Part shown: positions 36,701-50,214 of the stretch, in pieces | Layout of the letters: each line of letters begins with the position of its first letter | Numbering within the stretch: position 1 is the stretch's first letter | Assembly (NCBI RefSeq): GCF_006345805.1 | Contig: NC_043001.1 | Location: 40,486,001 to 40,550,000, forward strand | Source of the DNA: Octopus sinensis | Taxonomy: Eukaryota | Direction: 5' to 3' | Length of the DNA: 64,000 bases | Program-made: the position numbers and the translations under genes | Notes under the pieces: generated by a model | Databases searched by the model: none | Seen by the model: only the letters and a program-made list of their open reading frames with translations | What the model was told of the DNA's origin: nothing

Positions 36701-39700
36701 AAATGTCATATGTTAGCTTGCCATGAGGCGAGCGAATGTGTAGTGTTCATCAAAGACTAAATAGTACTTACTGAAATTAGTTATTTTCTCTCTGCATTGC
36801 AAACTAACATATTTCATTTTCACTTTAATTTTTATTCTCTTTGTGACCAAATTAGTAAAGAATTTATTTTCAAAATATTCAAGAATTTGGAGGCATTTAG
36901 TAAAATAATGGCTTTCATTATTATGTTGTTGAAACATAAGTTAACAAAAGGTTCCTACAAATATTTACAATGGAAGGTTTTAATTCAAATATAAATACAT
37001 TAGCCCATTACCCAGCAAAGACGAGTCAGCTTGTCTTCACCAATTTGTCTTTTTCAGAGTGCAATGAGTAAACTTATTCAAAACATAATTTTAAAAACAG
37101 CCACTGACAAGTTTATATGTCAATTCTCGGCATTTCTCGGTTTTTGTGTTTCTCTTTTTTACAAATTACACACAGATGTCGAGCTTAGAACATGACAAAG
37201 AGCATGACTCTTCTATTAGAAGCTTGAATGCATCAGACGAGAGTGCAAGCTTGTCTGATAAAAAAAAAAAAAATTCGTCTGAAAATGAAAGGTTTTCTCA
37301 AAAAAAAAAGTAGCTGGGGAAGGGGTTAAATGAATCAGAGCCAGTATCAAAAAAATAAAACACTCAAGTTACTTTGTATGCCTCCACCCAGATGGCAGAT
37401 AGGAGACTGACCTCAGGATATTAGCATTTACTGTGATGTGAAGGACATTGAAAAGATATTTTTTTTGTATGGTAAGGTGTTCTAAGTGCTAGTATATGCT
37501 TAGCATAGAGAAACTCAAGTGGTTGTGCATATGCTGACTGATCCCAATGGATGACAGCTGTTCAAGCTGACAGTTCAACTGAAATTATCTGAGTTACTAC
37601 AGTTATCCTTGCTCAGGAAATAGCCATTCACTTATCGTTAAATGAGCTCTAACATACATCAGCAGTTTATATGGTGTATTTAGAGACTGCATTCAGGCAT
37701 TGAACTCTAGGTCATATATTATACACTGAGATATATAATACGTACGGTAAAATAATATTTAAATAGAAAATACCAATAAATATAGTTGATATTAGAAGTA
37801 GGAATAATTTTTATGTAAAAAAATATGGTGTGCAATATTATTGATTAAAAACAATGTAATTGATTAACATTGTTTTTAGTTTCAAAGCAAATACAACTGA
37901 AAGATTTCATAAATTTTCTTTGATTTTCCTAACTGAATATGAAATTTATATGGTGTATGAACTGATAAATTATTTGTAATTTCTGGAAATGGTCACACAA
38001 ATTGCACTAATTTTGTTATATCTGTAGAATATGGATTTCCATACTATTATAAAATTTTTGTAAAATTTCTTCATTTTACCTTCAGACCTGAATCTGTTCC
38101 TCGTCTTTTTGATCTTGTCAAAATAAAAGATTCTACTATTGCACCAGCATTTTACTTTGCCCTACGTGATACACTTGTGGCAAAGGATCTTGACCAGGCT
38201 ACCCGCATTGCCTATGGCAAAACTCGCTACAAAGTTGTTACTTTACAAGGAGCACTTATTGATATATCAGGTCAGTATGTGAAACTGAAATATCTCTGGA
38301 TATAATTTAATTGATTTTTTGTAATTTTGATCCACTGCAGCAGAACCAGTCACAAATAATTGTCCCATTTCTGTTGCTCACAGTGAAGTTAACCTTTTAT
38401 TTAGATTAAACCAGAATGGTTTTTCCAGACTGAAGCATTAATTTTTGCTTTTTTAAATCCAATGTAATCTGGACCATATCATGCATAAAAATATTTTCTA
38501 TTGTTTTGTTAAAATTGTTTTGTTTACCAAAATTGCCTGCATTTTTGTCTCACTGAACTACTTAATCAATCACTACTCCTTTCTTTTACCTTTTATTTCT
38601 CTCTGTTCTTCCTTGATTTAATGTTTCTTATCTTTTTTCTTTCTTTTTTAATTTTCTGCATGGTTTTCCCTCTTGTGTGAAGACTGTTATTTTTCCTTTG
38701 CATCAACTTTTTTTTTATGTAAACCTCTGTGCATGAAATGGAAAATTTTTTTTAAAGTTTTGTTTTAGAATTAGATTGCAAAAAATCATTTTTCTTTTTA
38801 AAATTTTCTTGCTGTTCATGAAACTGGTATTGACTGGAGTCTTCTGAAAATTTTTCATTCAGTTTATTATTGGATCTCGTCCTTAAAGGATAAAATTTAT
38901 TTCTTGAAACTTCATGAACAATTTTAATCATATCCAGTTTCTAATATAACACTGGCTCTTTTTCCAATGGTGCCTTTTTTTATTTGTATAAACTGAATAT
39001 TCTGTATACCTTTGGGTTATTGAGGCATAATGATTTGACTTGAACTTGGCCTTCTGGAATCTTTCACCATTTTGCAATGTTCAAATTTAGCTTTGATCAT
39101 AAGCTCATTTCTTTCTGTCGCATTACAATATGGTTATAAATTGTATTTATGATTTCAGGTACCATAAGTGGTGGAGGCAACACTGTTTTAAAAGGTCGAA
39201 TGGGATCTTCTGTCATTGAAGAAATTGACCCTAAGGAATTAGAGAAAGCAGAAAAAGCTTTAGTAAAGGTAAATATTCATTTGGTTAAAAGCAGTAAAAA
39301 TATACATGGAATTTATTTTAGTATTTTTGAAAATAATTATTAACAAAAAAAGCAAAAAAACAAAACGAAACACTCCAAGGAAACTAATCGTGGAATGGAT
39401 TGGTCTGCAAAAAATTTTCTTCTCTCTACTGCATAGAAACTTAATGAAACTTAAATATTTATCTCAGAATTAGTAGGCACTCCAAGTAAAAAGTAAAGTA
39501 TTCAACTGTGAATAAAAAGTTCTGCTACAATATGTAAATCTCTTACGAGTTAAAGTATAAAAGTTCTAGTGAGCAGGAAAACACAGGCCTCTACTCCCAT
39601 CAGGTAAATGGCCCTGCTTGATATGTAGGAAAGATTTAGCTAGGAATTCCATATGATGTGCTTGTTGCAGGCTGCAGAACACACAGGGTACAATGGAATC

Positions 39701-42700
39701 ACAGAAAGGTTAATAGAGAAAGTAGCCTTTGTGTGTAGATGTGCAGAAGCAATAAATATAAGGGACACATGGGAAATAGATTTTTTTTGAATGCTCAGGT
39801 GGTAGTAAATAGTTTCTGTTACCTAGGTGACCTAAATAGCAGTGGGAGAGGATACTCTAAAAGTGTAGTAGTTAGAATAGGATGAGAAAGTTCAGAGAGC
39901 TATTGCCCCTGCTGGCAACAAAAAGTCCTCTCAGACTGAAAGACATTGTATGATGCTTGTGTATGTATAGTAATGCTACGTGGTAGTGAGATATGGGCCC
40001 TGAATGCAGAGGACATGTAAAAGATGAAGCTGGTATACTCTTGGATGCGCAATGTCAGTGTGCTTGCATGATAAAGTGCAAACATTGAGATAAAAAGTAG
40101 ATGTAACAGGAATCAAATGTAGCATGCAATAGAGAAGACTGTGATGGTGTGGTTATATGATGTGCATGGCTGAGGACAGCTGTATAAAAAATGTGCTGAT
40201 TACTGAAAGTAGATGGAACTTGTAGAAGGAGAAAATCCAAGAAGACATAGGACAAAATGGTAAAGGTAGATCAGAAGATATTGAACCTCATGGAGTCGAG
40301 GACAAAGGACTAAGATGATTAGCTATTCGCTGTGTTTGAGAGGACCCATCCATCACAATAAAAGTGAGGTCCTAACCATCCTTATTTCCCTACTCATTAT
40401 AACCATCCTTATTTACCACTGACCTTCCTCTCTGTTACTGCACATCTTTCCCCTCCCACTCTGACGCCCTGAACATTACTTCTTTGCATGCTGATCTACC
40501 TACAGGTTTAATACTGCTGCTCTCCTCCTTTCCTCTGCTGTCATCCTCCTTCCTGAGTCACTTCTGTCTCAGTTTCCCCTCTCTACGGATATTTACCATC
40601 AACGACACTTCCACTCTTTTTCATCACTCACTACATTCTCCCCTATCTGTATCTTCTCACACACTCTAAGATTATCCAGTGTTTGTATCTCTCTTTTACT
40701 CACTTTCTCATACTTTCCGAGTGTGATCTGGCAACCATGTCACCACCATGTTTATTTTCTTTCCAGCTACTTTTACCAACCCTTATAGTGTGGGGTAACC
40801 ATGTATTTCTTCTACAGCAAGACCCCGATGCTTCTCCCTCTTTCATACTCTAGCCTAGCATAAAGCCACCTTCCCTTCTCTCAAATACAGTCCTACTCAG
40901 CTGAGGTGCCTTTTTCTTTTCTTGTTTTGCAAGTTTCTTGGTGGCCTCACTAGTGCTAGTAATATATATGTAATAATGATGATGATGATGGTCGTCGTTG
41001 TCGTTTAGCATCCGCTTTCCATGCTAGCATGGGTTGGACAGTTCAACTGGGTTCTGGGAAGCCAGAAGGCTACACCAGGCCCAGTCTGATCTGGCAATGT
41101 TTCTACGGCTGGATGCCCTTCCTAACGCCAACCACTCTGTGAGTGTAGTGGGTGCGTTTTACGTGCCACTGGCACAGAGGCCAGTCGGGGCGGCGCTGGC
41201 AATGGCCATGTTCGGATGGTTCGCTTACGTACCACCGGCACTGGTATCACAGCTAGAATTTCCATTGATGTTGATCGATTTTGATTTTCATTTTCCCTTG
41301 CTAGTATCGTGAAAAAAGAACCAGGTATACACTCTAAAGTGGCTGGTATTAGGAAGGGCATCCAAACATGGGAACCATACCAAAGCTAACATTTCAGTTC
41401 AGTGCAGTCCTGCTGTGGTTTGTCACATCCTGTCAAGCTGTCCAAATTTTGCCTGCATGGAACACAGATTTTTGATGATGATGATTACAAGTAAATGGAT
41501 GTAAAATTATTTTTAAAATTCAACAAATTAACATTTCTGTGTTCTGCTTTGTTAGTTCAGCATTGATGTATTTATTCTCTAGTTGCCAGTAATGCTTCAT
41601 CAAATACAACTTTTGTTTTAATTTCTTATGTCATTTTGGAAATGTTTTCAGCTAACTGACGAAACTGCAAATATTCGACAAAAGAAAAACAAGCTTGAAA
41701 GTTACATACAGGAACTGGAAGATTCTCTGAAACTTAATAATATTTGTCTACAAAAATACAGTATGGAAGTTAAAGTAAGTGATCTCATTTAGTAATTCAT
41801 CTCGTGTGGGATGTAGCTTGTTATAATTTAGGGAGTAGATGACTTGTGCTTTTCAGGCATGTGTGAATGAAATCTGATTCTCTTGTTCTTAGAAGCACTT
41901 GAAATACCTACAGCTGGGAAGTGAAACTGAGAAAGTTTGGAGTCAATATCTATCTTTGAGATCTAATTTAATATTATTAATATTATCAATATGGTCTGTT
42001 GTAGTTCATAGTAAGATCTAACTGATCTTTACATTGAAGGCATGTTTTGACAATATTGAAATATATATAAAAAAAAACAATCATAACATCTTACCTATAT
42101 TAGCATGGAAAAAGGAAATAGTAACCTGGTAGCTGGAGAATAGAAGCTAAATGGTTATAAAGAATATTTAAAAATAGGTGTAGACATGGCTATGTGGTTA
42201 AGAAGTTCACTTTTTAACCACATAGGAGTTCAGTCCCTATGCATGGATGCTATTGGCTGATGTCCTATATTACTGGTTCCCTACCTTTTTTTGGGGTTTA
42301 TGGCTCCTTTTGGAATCTTTCATTTTTCTATACCCTCCTAGACATTACTAGTGAAAAAAGTACTTTAGTTTTGTAATAGATGGTTAATAATAGAGACAGG
42401 TCACTGTTGAAAAAAAGAATCGAAAGCATTTACGACAAATAAAATTTGTAAAATTTATTTATTATTAATTTTAAATATTGTTTACAGTTTTATTATGAAA
42501 TTTATTTCCAAGGACATTTAAAAATTTGTAATGGAAACAATTTTTGAACAAAAGTTTATAATGATAAACATTAAAAATCTTTTTACAAAGGTGGCATATT
42601 TTCTACCATTAATGTAATAAACTCCTCAAGAATATCAATGTCTATTAATGACACATTTATTCTCTATATATCTATTTGACAAAAGAAAACATTTTTTGTG

Positions 42701-45700
42701 GGTTCAATAAAACATCCATTTATAATTGTACATTATTTTTCTGACGTAACATACATAACAAAAAACTTTTAACACCCAGACCCTGTTGTACTCTAGGCTA
42801 TGTTGACTTACACTATTATCTTTCTTCCACATAACAAAATTAAAATCACTGCAATATCCAGTACTCACTTAAAAGTGTTCCAGACTTTGATCATCCATTT
42901 TGTGAGTTTTTCATGGCATATGTTGTTGAAAATGCCTTCAGCCTTTTTAATCCACCGTATTTTCATTAATAGACAGCATTTTTTTTTTCTGGTCTACCAT
43001 AGCGTTTGTTCTTTGTCAGGAAGGATTTTATTTTAAATAAGGGGTCATATTTATCTCAATTTACTGCAGTACTGCTAGTGTCTTGTATATGGAAATACTG
43101 ACACAACTTCAATATATTGGAAAGACTGCATTTAGATCCATTCAGTTGTGTAAAATTTTGAAGAGAAATGTTTTTTAAAGTTTCACTCCATTTGTTATCA
43201 TTGTCAAAGCTGTTGTTGTGGGAGTCACTGTTATCACCATTGGAAATTGATGTAGCTGATTCTCCCTCAAGAACTTGATCATACTTGTTGCATTTCACAT
43301 TTAAATCTGACACTTCTTGTTTTGGAAATCCTTCAAATTCAGATTCACTACCAATGAATGTAAAGGTGATATCTATTTTTTAAAACAAAAGTTACAGAAA
43401 TGTGACCATTATGATGTAGGGTAAAATTTCCCAAAAATTTGGAGAAAAGAACTTCACACCGAAAAGTGTTTAATAATGTAAAATGTTTATCTAGTGAAGC
43501 TGTGTGTTACCATGAACATGGTTACAAGCTTTGTTTTAATGTTCTCATTTAGATATGAATAGTTTATTGTTGAGAGTTAGGCACTACAAACAAAAAATTT
43601 CAGGTAGGCTCAGACTAACAAAATTAAATTCTGTACTTTATTACATTTTCTGCTCTTTGTAAAATGACTGTGTTATTGCTTTTCAGGCATTATCAGAGCA
43701 AGAGATAACACTGACTCAGCAAATTGTGGTACAAAAAGAAAAAGTAAAATCTGCAGCCCCTGATAAAGCTGAAGTGGATAATTTGCAGAAAAAAGTTGAA
43801 AAATTGAAAAGCAGTAAGCATTATTTTTTGTACATTGTATGTGATGGCCCATTATTTAATGTTTTTTTCATGTCACTTCTTCAGTTAAACAATTTGGTTT
43901 GATAGTTGCAAGTTGATGGAAATGTATTTTGTTTTGTCTTACATTGTGTTCATATTTCACTAGGATCGATTTTTGTAGTTCACATTTTTTTAGCTGATAA
44001 AATAAGTATGTATAATACTTTAAATTCAACTAAATTATCGATATCTCTGTCCTGAGAAAATTGGCTGTGTCCTGCCTCAAAAAAATTTATATAGAGTGGA
44101 ATGTTGTCAGAGTTGAGAGAGCAGTAGTCCAAAAACATTATGTTCTAATTTCTGGTTTAATTTCACCAAGTTCTATTTTTAATTTCTCTAAGCAATGTTA
44201 AAATAAGTACTAGTAACATAGTAGTCAGATATATTCCTCCTAAAAAAATGAATGCCATGAAAATAGTTATTAACTTGCTTTTTCATGTTTATTATTGTAT
44301 TGATTGTTATTTACTATTAAGTTACTTTATTAAGGCTAAGCTCAGATTTTTTTTTTATTGATTATAATTATTTAGTATTTTTATCCTGCATAATTTTTCA
44401 TAATTTCACTTATAGTTTATGAAAAAGATGCTAAAGTTGTCTCCAAAATTGAAAAGGAAGTTCAAAGGTGAGAAACGTCTTCATTGTCACTATTCATTTT
44501 TATGAATTAATTTCCAACCATTGAATCTGTTTTCAATTGTTATATTAACCCTTTAGCATTTAAACCAGCTATACCTGGCCCAGTATTCTACTATTTCATG
44601 TTTAAACTGGCCATATCCAGCCTCTCACACCTATGCTGCAATGTGAATAAATAAGCCTTACATTTGACAATAATGCTAAATCTGAGTGCTAAAGGGTTAA
44701 AGCTGGCTTTCTCATCTATTACTATTTCTGTATCATTTGCTTATTGAGGGACGATGGGCTGGTGAAAAAGTGCAATTCTCAGTCATGAGGTTCTGGGTTT
44801 GATCTTATTATGCTGTGTCTTGAGCAAGTGTTTTGTATCATAGTCTTAGTTTGACACAAGTTCTGTAAATAAAATCAAACAGACACAAACTGTGTAGAAG
44901 CCTGTCAGAAGATGGACTATGTCTGGTTCAAAGAACCACCCTTATCACACCGCTATGCTGAATCTCCTGGATGAATACACTAAAATTACAAGTGTTTGTG
45001 GAATATCCAACCACTTATATCTATTCAGTGAATAGATAGATCTGTCAGTGAAAATGGGGGAGGTTAACAATTAAGTAAAATGAATGGACTTTGCAATGGT
45101 TTCAGCTAACACTTCATTTCCATTTACACTAATTCTTTCATAATTTTATTCCTTTATTCTTACTTTATCAATAGTTTCAAGCTGCTTATTTCACAGGGTA
45201 ATATTTTCAGATAATTCAGTAATATTTCTGTTGTAGGCTACATAAAGAAATTATGGACATTGGTGGAAACAAATTAAAAGCTGTCCAAGCTAGAGTTGAT
45301 GCCATCTCAAACAATATCGATCAGGTAACTGGTCAGATCACTAAAACTACTGTAGGAGTCACTACTTCCAAGAGGTTTGTTTCATCACAAATTCATATTT
45401 AAAATGTTTAATTAATATTCCATCTAGTTTTCATGTATGGGATGAAAGCAAATGAAAATTAATTCTTTTCTTCTTTATCATTAAAAGCAAGTGACTCAAT
45501 GTTACATTGTTTATACATATTTTATATTTGTCCTATATCTATAGCCTTTTTGGTATATCTTGTCCAATGATAGTTATATTAATTTTCAATCAGTGTATTC
45601 CTGTAATTGTCTTAATTTATGATCATAATTAATTGACTATCTATTGTTCTGTTACTATACTGATGATGTACAAGGTGCAGAAATGTATTACCTGTAGACA

Positions 45701-46128
45701 GATATGAACTCTAAAATGTATAAACAGTATAGTTTGATAATTTGAAAGTAAAAAAATTAATAAATATTAAAAAATATTATTTGAATAAAAGACTTACAAA
45801 TAAGAATTTAGATAATATCATTTAACTAATAAGGCTCAAACATTTGGAAAACATGATTTTTACTGTTCTTTTAGTAAGATAAATCTGTAGAAGCAAGTGG
45901 GATTTTTTCTGTTTTCCATTCTTTGAGTATATTCTTTCCAAATTCAGTCCCTAATGCTTCCAGATAATAATACTTTACATTTAGGTGTGTGGATGAAAAG
46001 CTTGCTTCTAAACCATGACTTGAGTTCAGTCACATTACAAAGCATCTTGGGAAAATGTTTTTCCCACTATATTGCTGGGCCAACCAAAGCTCTGGGAGTG
46101 GATTTAATGGACAGAAACTGAAAGAAAC

Positions 46129-46177
<49 letters not shown>

Positions 46178-49100
46178 AAGCAAGTATCACTGTCATACAA
46201 GCAGTGTTGTTTGTTTCCAATTTCCATGGTCATGGGGAAATATAACCTTGTTTGGAAACAGTGACAGGAAAGGCATGTGATTATAGAAAGTTTGCCTCAA
46301 CAAATTCCACCTGACCCATTCAAGCATGGATAAAGGGATGTTAGACAATGATGATTTGTAGGAAACCTGACCAATTTTATTGCATTGGAGTGCAATAATA
46401 TTGGTATGGCTCTCTGGTTATATAGTTTGCTTTCTTACTATGTGGTCTTGGGTTATCTTTCTTTGTGTGGCACTTTGTGTATATGTCTTTAGTCTCAAGT
46501 CAACCAATGCTTTGTGAATGAAATTGGTTGGCAGAAACTGTATGGAAGCCTGTCATGTGTGTGTGTGCATGTGTGCTTGTCTGTATATGTAGTTGCATTC
46601 CACATTTTTGCATGCAAAAGACTGATATTTGTTGACGTTCTCTGGTAACAAATTGTCCTGTAATTGCACGTTTGAAGATGAGTGGAATAAAATAAATCTA
46701 TTTGTTGAAAATTAGGTGAGGGTTTATGATAATCCAACCCATCTAATGTAGAAAAACAGACAAAACAAATAAGGAATTTTAAAATAATTAGCTTTGAGAA
46801 TATTGTTTTTAATGCTTTATAAATGAATTAACGTGAAATCATTTGTTTAGAAATTTGAAGAAATCCCAAGAAAAATTAGAATCTTTGGAGAAAGAAAAAG
46901 AAGAAATGGCAAAGAAACTTGAAGCTCTTAACAACGAATTTAAAGATTTGGAAGAGAAAGCTAAAGAAGTCTTATCATCTCATTCAGAAGTAAAGGTATG
47001 ATCTGGATAAACTTAATCAACTAACTTCAACTTACATTCCTCACTCTTAACTTCATTTTTTATTTATTCAAGTTTTGATTTAGCCATGGGCTGACCATAG
47101 CCTTGTGGATAAATTTGAAAGTGAAAGAATCCCAATGCATGCATATGTGCATGAGTGTATATGTATGTTTGTGAACTCGGCAAATTCTGTCTGGTCCATG
47201 CAAACATTGCAAAATAGTATGAAAATTATAGTTTTTGCACATATCAGAACAGTAAAAAATCATGACAAAGCATGAATTAAATTTCACTTTCTGTTTTTCT
47301 TATGAAGTTTTATATAATTTATCAAGTTTTCCTGAGCTGAATACAAACCTGACTATTTGGATGAAATTTTGAAGGAAATGAATTAGTGCATGAAGATCTT
47401 TTTAATACTCAATTGAAGTAGAAATAGCAATTGTTTTTAGCTTCATTGGTTGATTTCTAAGTCCTATCTTGATAGGTAATAGCTTACCTAATAACTCAGT
47501 TATATATTTTTGTTCTATTTATTTTTTTAATTATATTTTTTCTATTTTCATCTCAAGGGGATTTGAATTTTTTTAAATGCTCTTATGGATTTTATAATTT
47601 GAAAAATAATTTCCATTCTCATAGACTTTGCTGAAGCTTATCTAAAAGCTAGTAACTAATTTTCATGTTAACCATTTTAATCAAGAAATAGTTATTATTT
47701 TCAGCAAGGCAGGCTTGATAGCTTGCTATTATTGACTTCAAATTTATAGGAAGAAAGATCTCTCTCTCTCTATATATATATATTATGTATGGTAATATAT
47801 CTATATAATCCTAATATCTTGTAAGAATAGAAAGTTGGTTGAAGGTTAGTGTACCACCCAAAAAATTTGATAGTTCATTTCCCACAAGGAACATTATGCC
47901 ATGTTTCTGGTAGAGATATTTTGCGCTGATTGGCACCTGCAATCAAAACTTTTTGGTTTGATGTCCCTTTTGAAGAAATTTCTTCCAGCTGTTTCTTTTC
48001 TACAACCTCTGTCCAACCATTACCTTGTGGGTAAAATTGGTAGATAGAAACTGCTGTAGACTGCTCTGTGTGTGTGTGTGTGTTCATGCATTTTTTTATT
48101 GACATATGCATATATATATGCATAGGTATGTGTGTGTGTTTGTATGTGACTGTCTCTCTTTACATTTACACCATCTAAAAAGAAACTCTGTGTTTATGTC
48201 CTTGTAACTTAGCAGTGTGAAAAAAAAGTATTTGAGAAAAGAACTGAATTTTAATTTTTGTGTTTATTTACTTGTCCCACCCATGCTAGCATGAAAGGCT
48301 ATTAAAATTAAAAAACTAAAAATTAAACGATGATGGCAATGATGATGATGATGATGATGATGATTTACAATTATTTTATCTGCTGTGATTTGCAGGAGAA
48401 AATTGAAAACCATGAAAAAATCTTATCCGATCTTAAAGAGAAATTGGGTGAAATTGAGAAGGAGGAAACGGCCCTGTCAAAAGAGAATATTGACCTACAG
48501 CACAAACTAGAAAAATATGAAGATGTTGTGAAAACTAATCAAGTAAAAATGAAGCACTGGAAGAAACAGGTATGAAAACCTTATCTCTAGCAATAGTTAA
48601 TTGTTATAGACTTGTAAGTAAAAAATGATATGACGAAGCAGGAAATGATACAAATTTGATTGATATAGGAAGTGAAGGATTTCTGTTTAGCAGTTTAGGT
48701 GGAACATTTAGAGTGATTCCATTTTAATTTTTAAATGTTTTGTATTTCTATTAACCCTTTTCATTGCTTTTTGTTACTCATATGTGTTTCACTTCTAAAA
48801 TAATCATGAATTTAGACTGGTTCATAAAAAATTAATTACTTTTATTATTTATTGGTATATTAAATATATCAAAGGCATTGAGCTGGCAGAATCATTAGCT
48901 TGCTGGGCAAAATGCTTAGCAGTGTTTTGCCTGTCTTTATAATTTGTGTTCAGATTTCAATGAGGTTGACTTTGCCTTTCAGGTTTGGGGTTGATAAAAT
49001 ACCACTGAGGTCATTGTAATTGACTTCCTTTCTCCTTGGAAATTCTGACTTTGTGCCAAAATTTAAAACCAATATATTAAAGTGGTGCTTTGAATACCAG

Positions 49101-50149
49101 TGTATTTTATTTTACATAACCCTTTTATAGATCTTTTACAATATTTGCATTTGACGGATATTTGTTCTCATCTTGTTTGTTGTTAACACAATGTTTCAGC
49201 TGATATACCCTCCAGCCTTCATTAGGTCTCTTGGGAAAATTTCAAACCTGGGCTTTCAATACCATTATTATTATTCAGGTCACTGCCTGGAATCGAACTC
49301 GGAATCTTGGGGTTAGTAACTTGCGCGCTTAACCACTACACCATATGCCTCCTTTTAAAAACCTATGTAACCTTTTTTTTTCCTAGAAATCTATTTACTG
49401 ACAACAATTGTGATTATCTGAATGAAAAATGCTTTTGTGTTTTTAGCTTTCTCAGTTAACCCTTCATGCTATTGGAAACAAAGAACCTCCACCTCTGGAA
49501 ACTGTTGATGCTGAAGAATTGGCTAGGACAAATGTCGAAGAACTTAAATATGAGATTACTGTGTTGGAAGAAAAGCTGAGCAAGATGAAGCCTAATTTGA
49601 CAGCCATTAATGAATACAGAGAAAAGGTAAAGAGTTATAAGTAGTGCAAGGTTTTGAATATGATTTTGTTATGAAAGGAATTTGTTTTAGTCTTTTTTAA
49701 AAAGCAACAAAAATAATTTATGTCAATGTTACAAAGTAAAGGATGTAGGATTGATAGAATTGTTACAGCTTCAAAGAAAATGACTTGTGGCATTTCTTTA
49801 TGCTCAGAGCTGAAATCCTGCAGAGTTCAACTTTACCTGTTATCCCTCTACAGTTGATAAAATAAAATACCAGTCAAATATTGGGGATTGATTTATAAAT
49901 GTAAAGTTCACAAATTCTAGTATATAAGAATCTGTGCAGGAACTCACTATCTCATATTGTCCTCACTGTCTTCATAAACAGGTTGTAGTGTTTCCTGCCT
50001 TGCCTGGTAAATGGTTATATATATATATATATACTTTATTCAAAAGCAGCTGAAAATTCAACAAAACCTGTTACTCTGAGTTTCACATTCCCATTCGTCG
50101 GACAGTTTTTCCACCTTGTTTCACATTTATGTGTTTACTCCGGTATATA

Positions 50150-50214
<65 letters not shown>

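Noticed and set aside
47875-48123. 82-aa minus-strand ORF with a natural-looking end (KVLIAGANQRKISLPETW)
   Set aside because: Embedded in a decayed family A SINE; no splice sites or recognisable domain.
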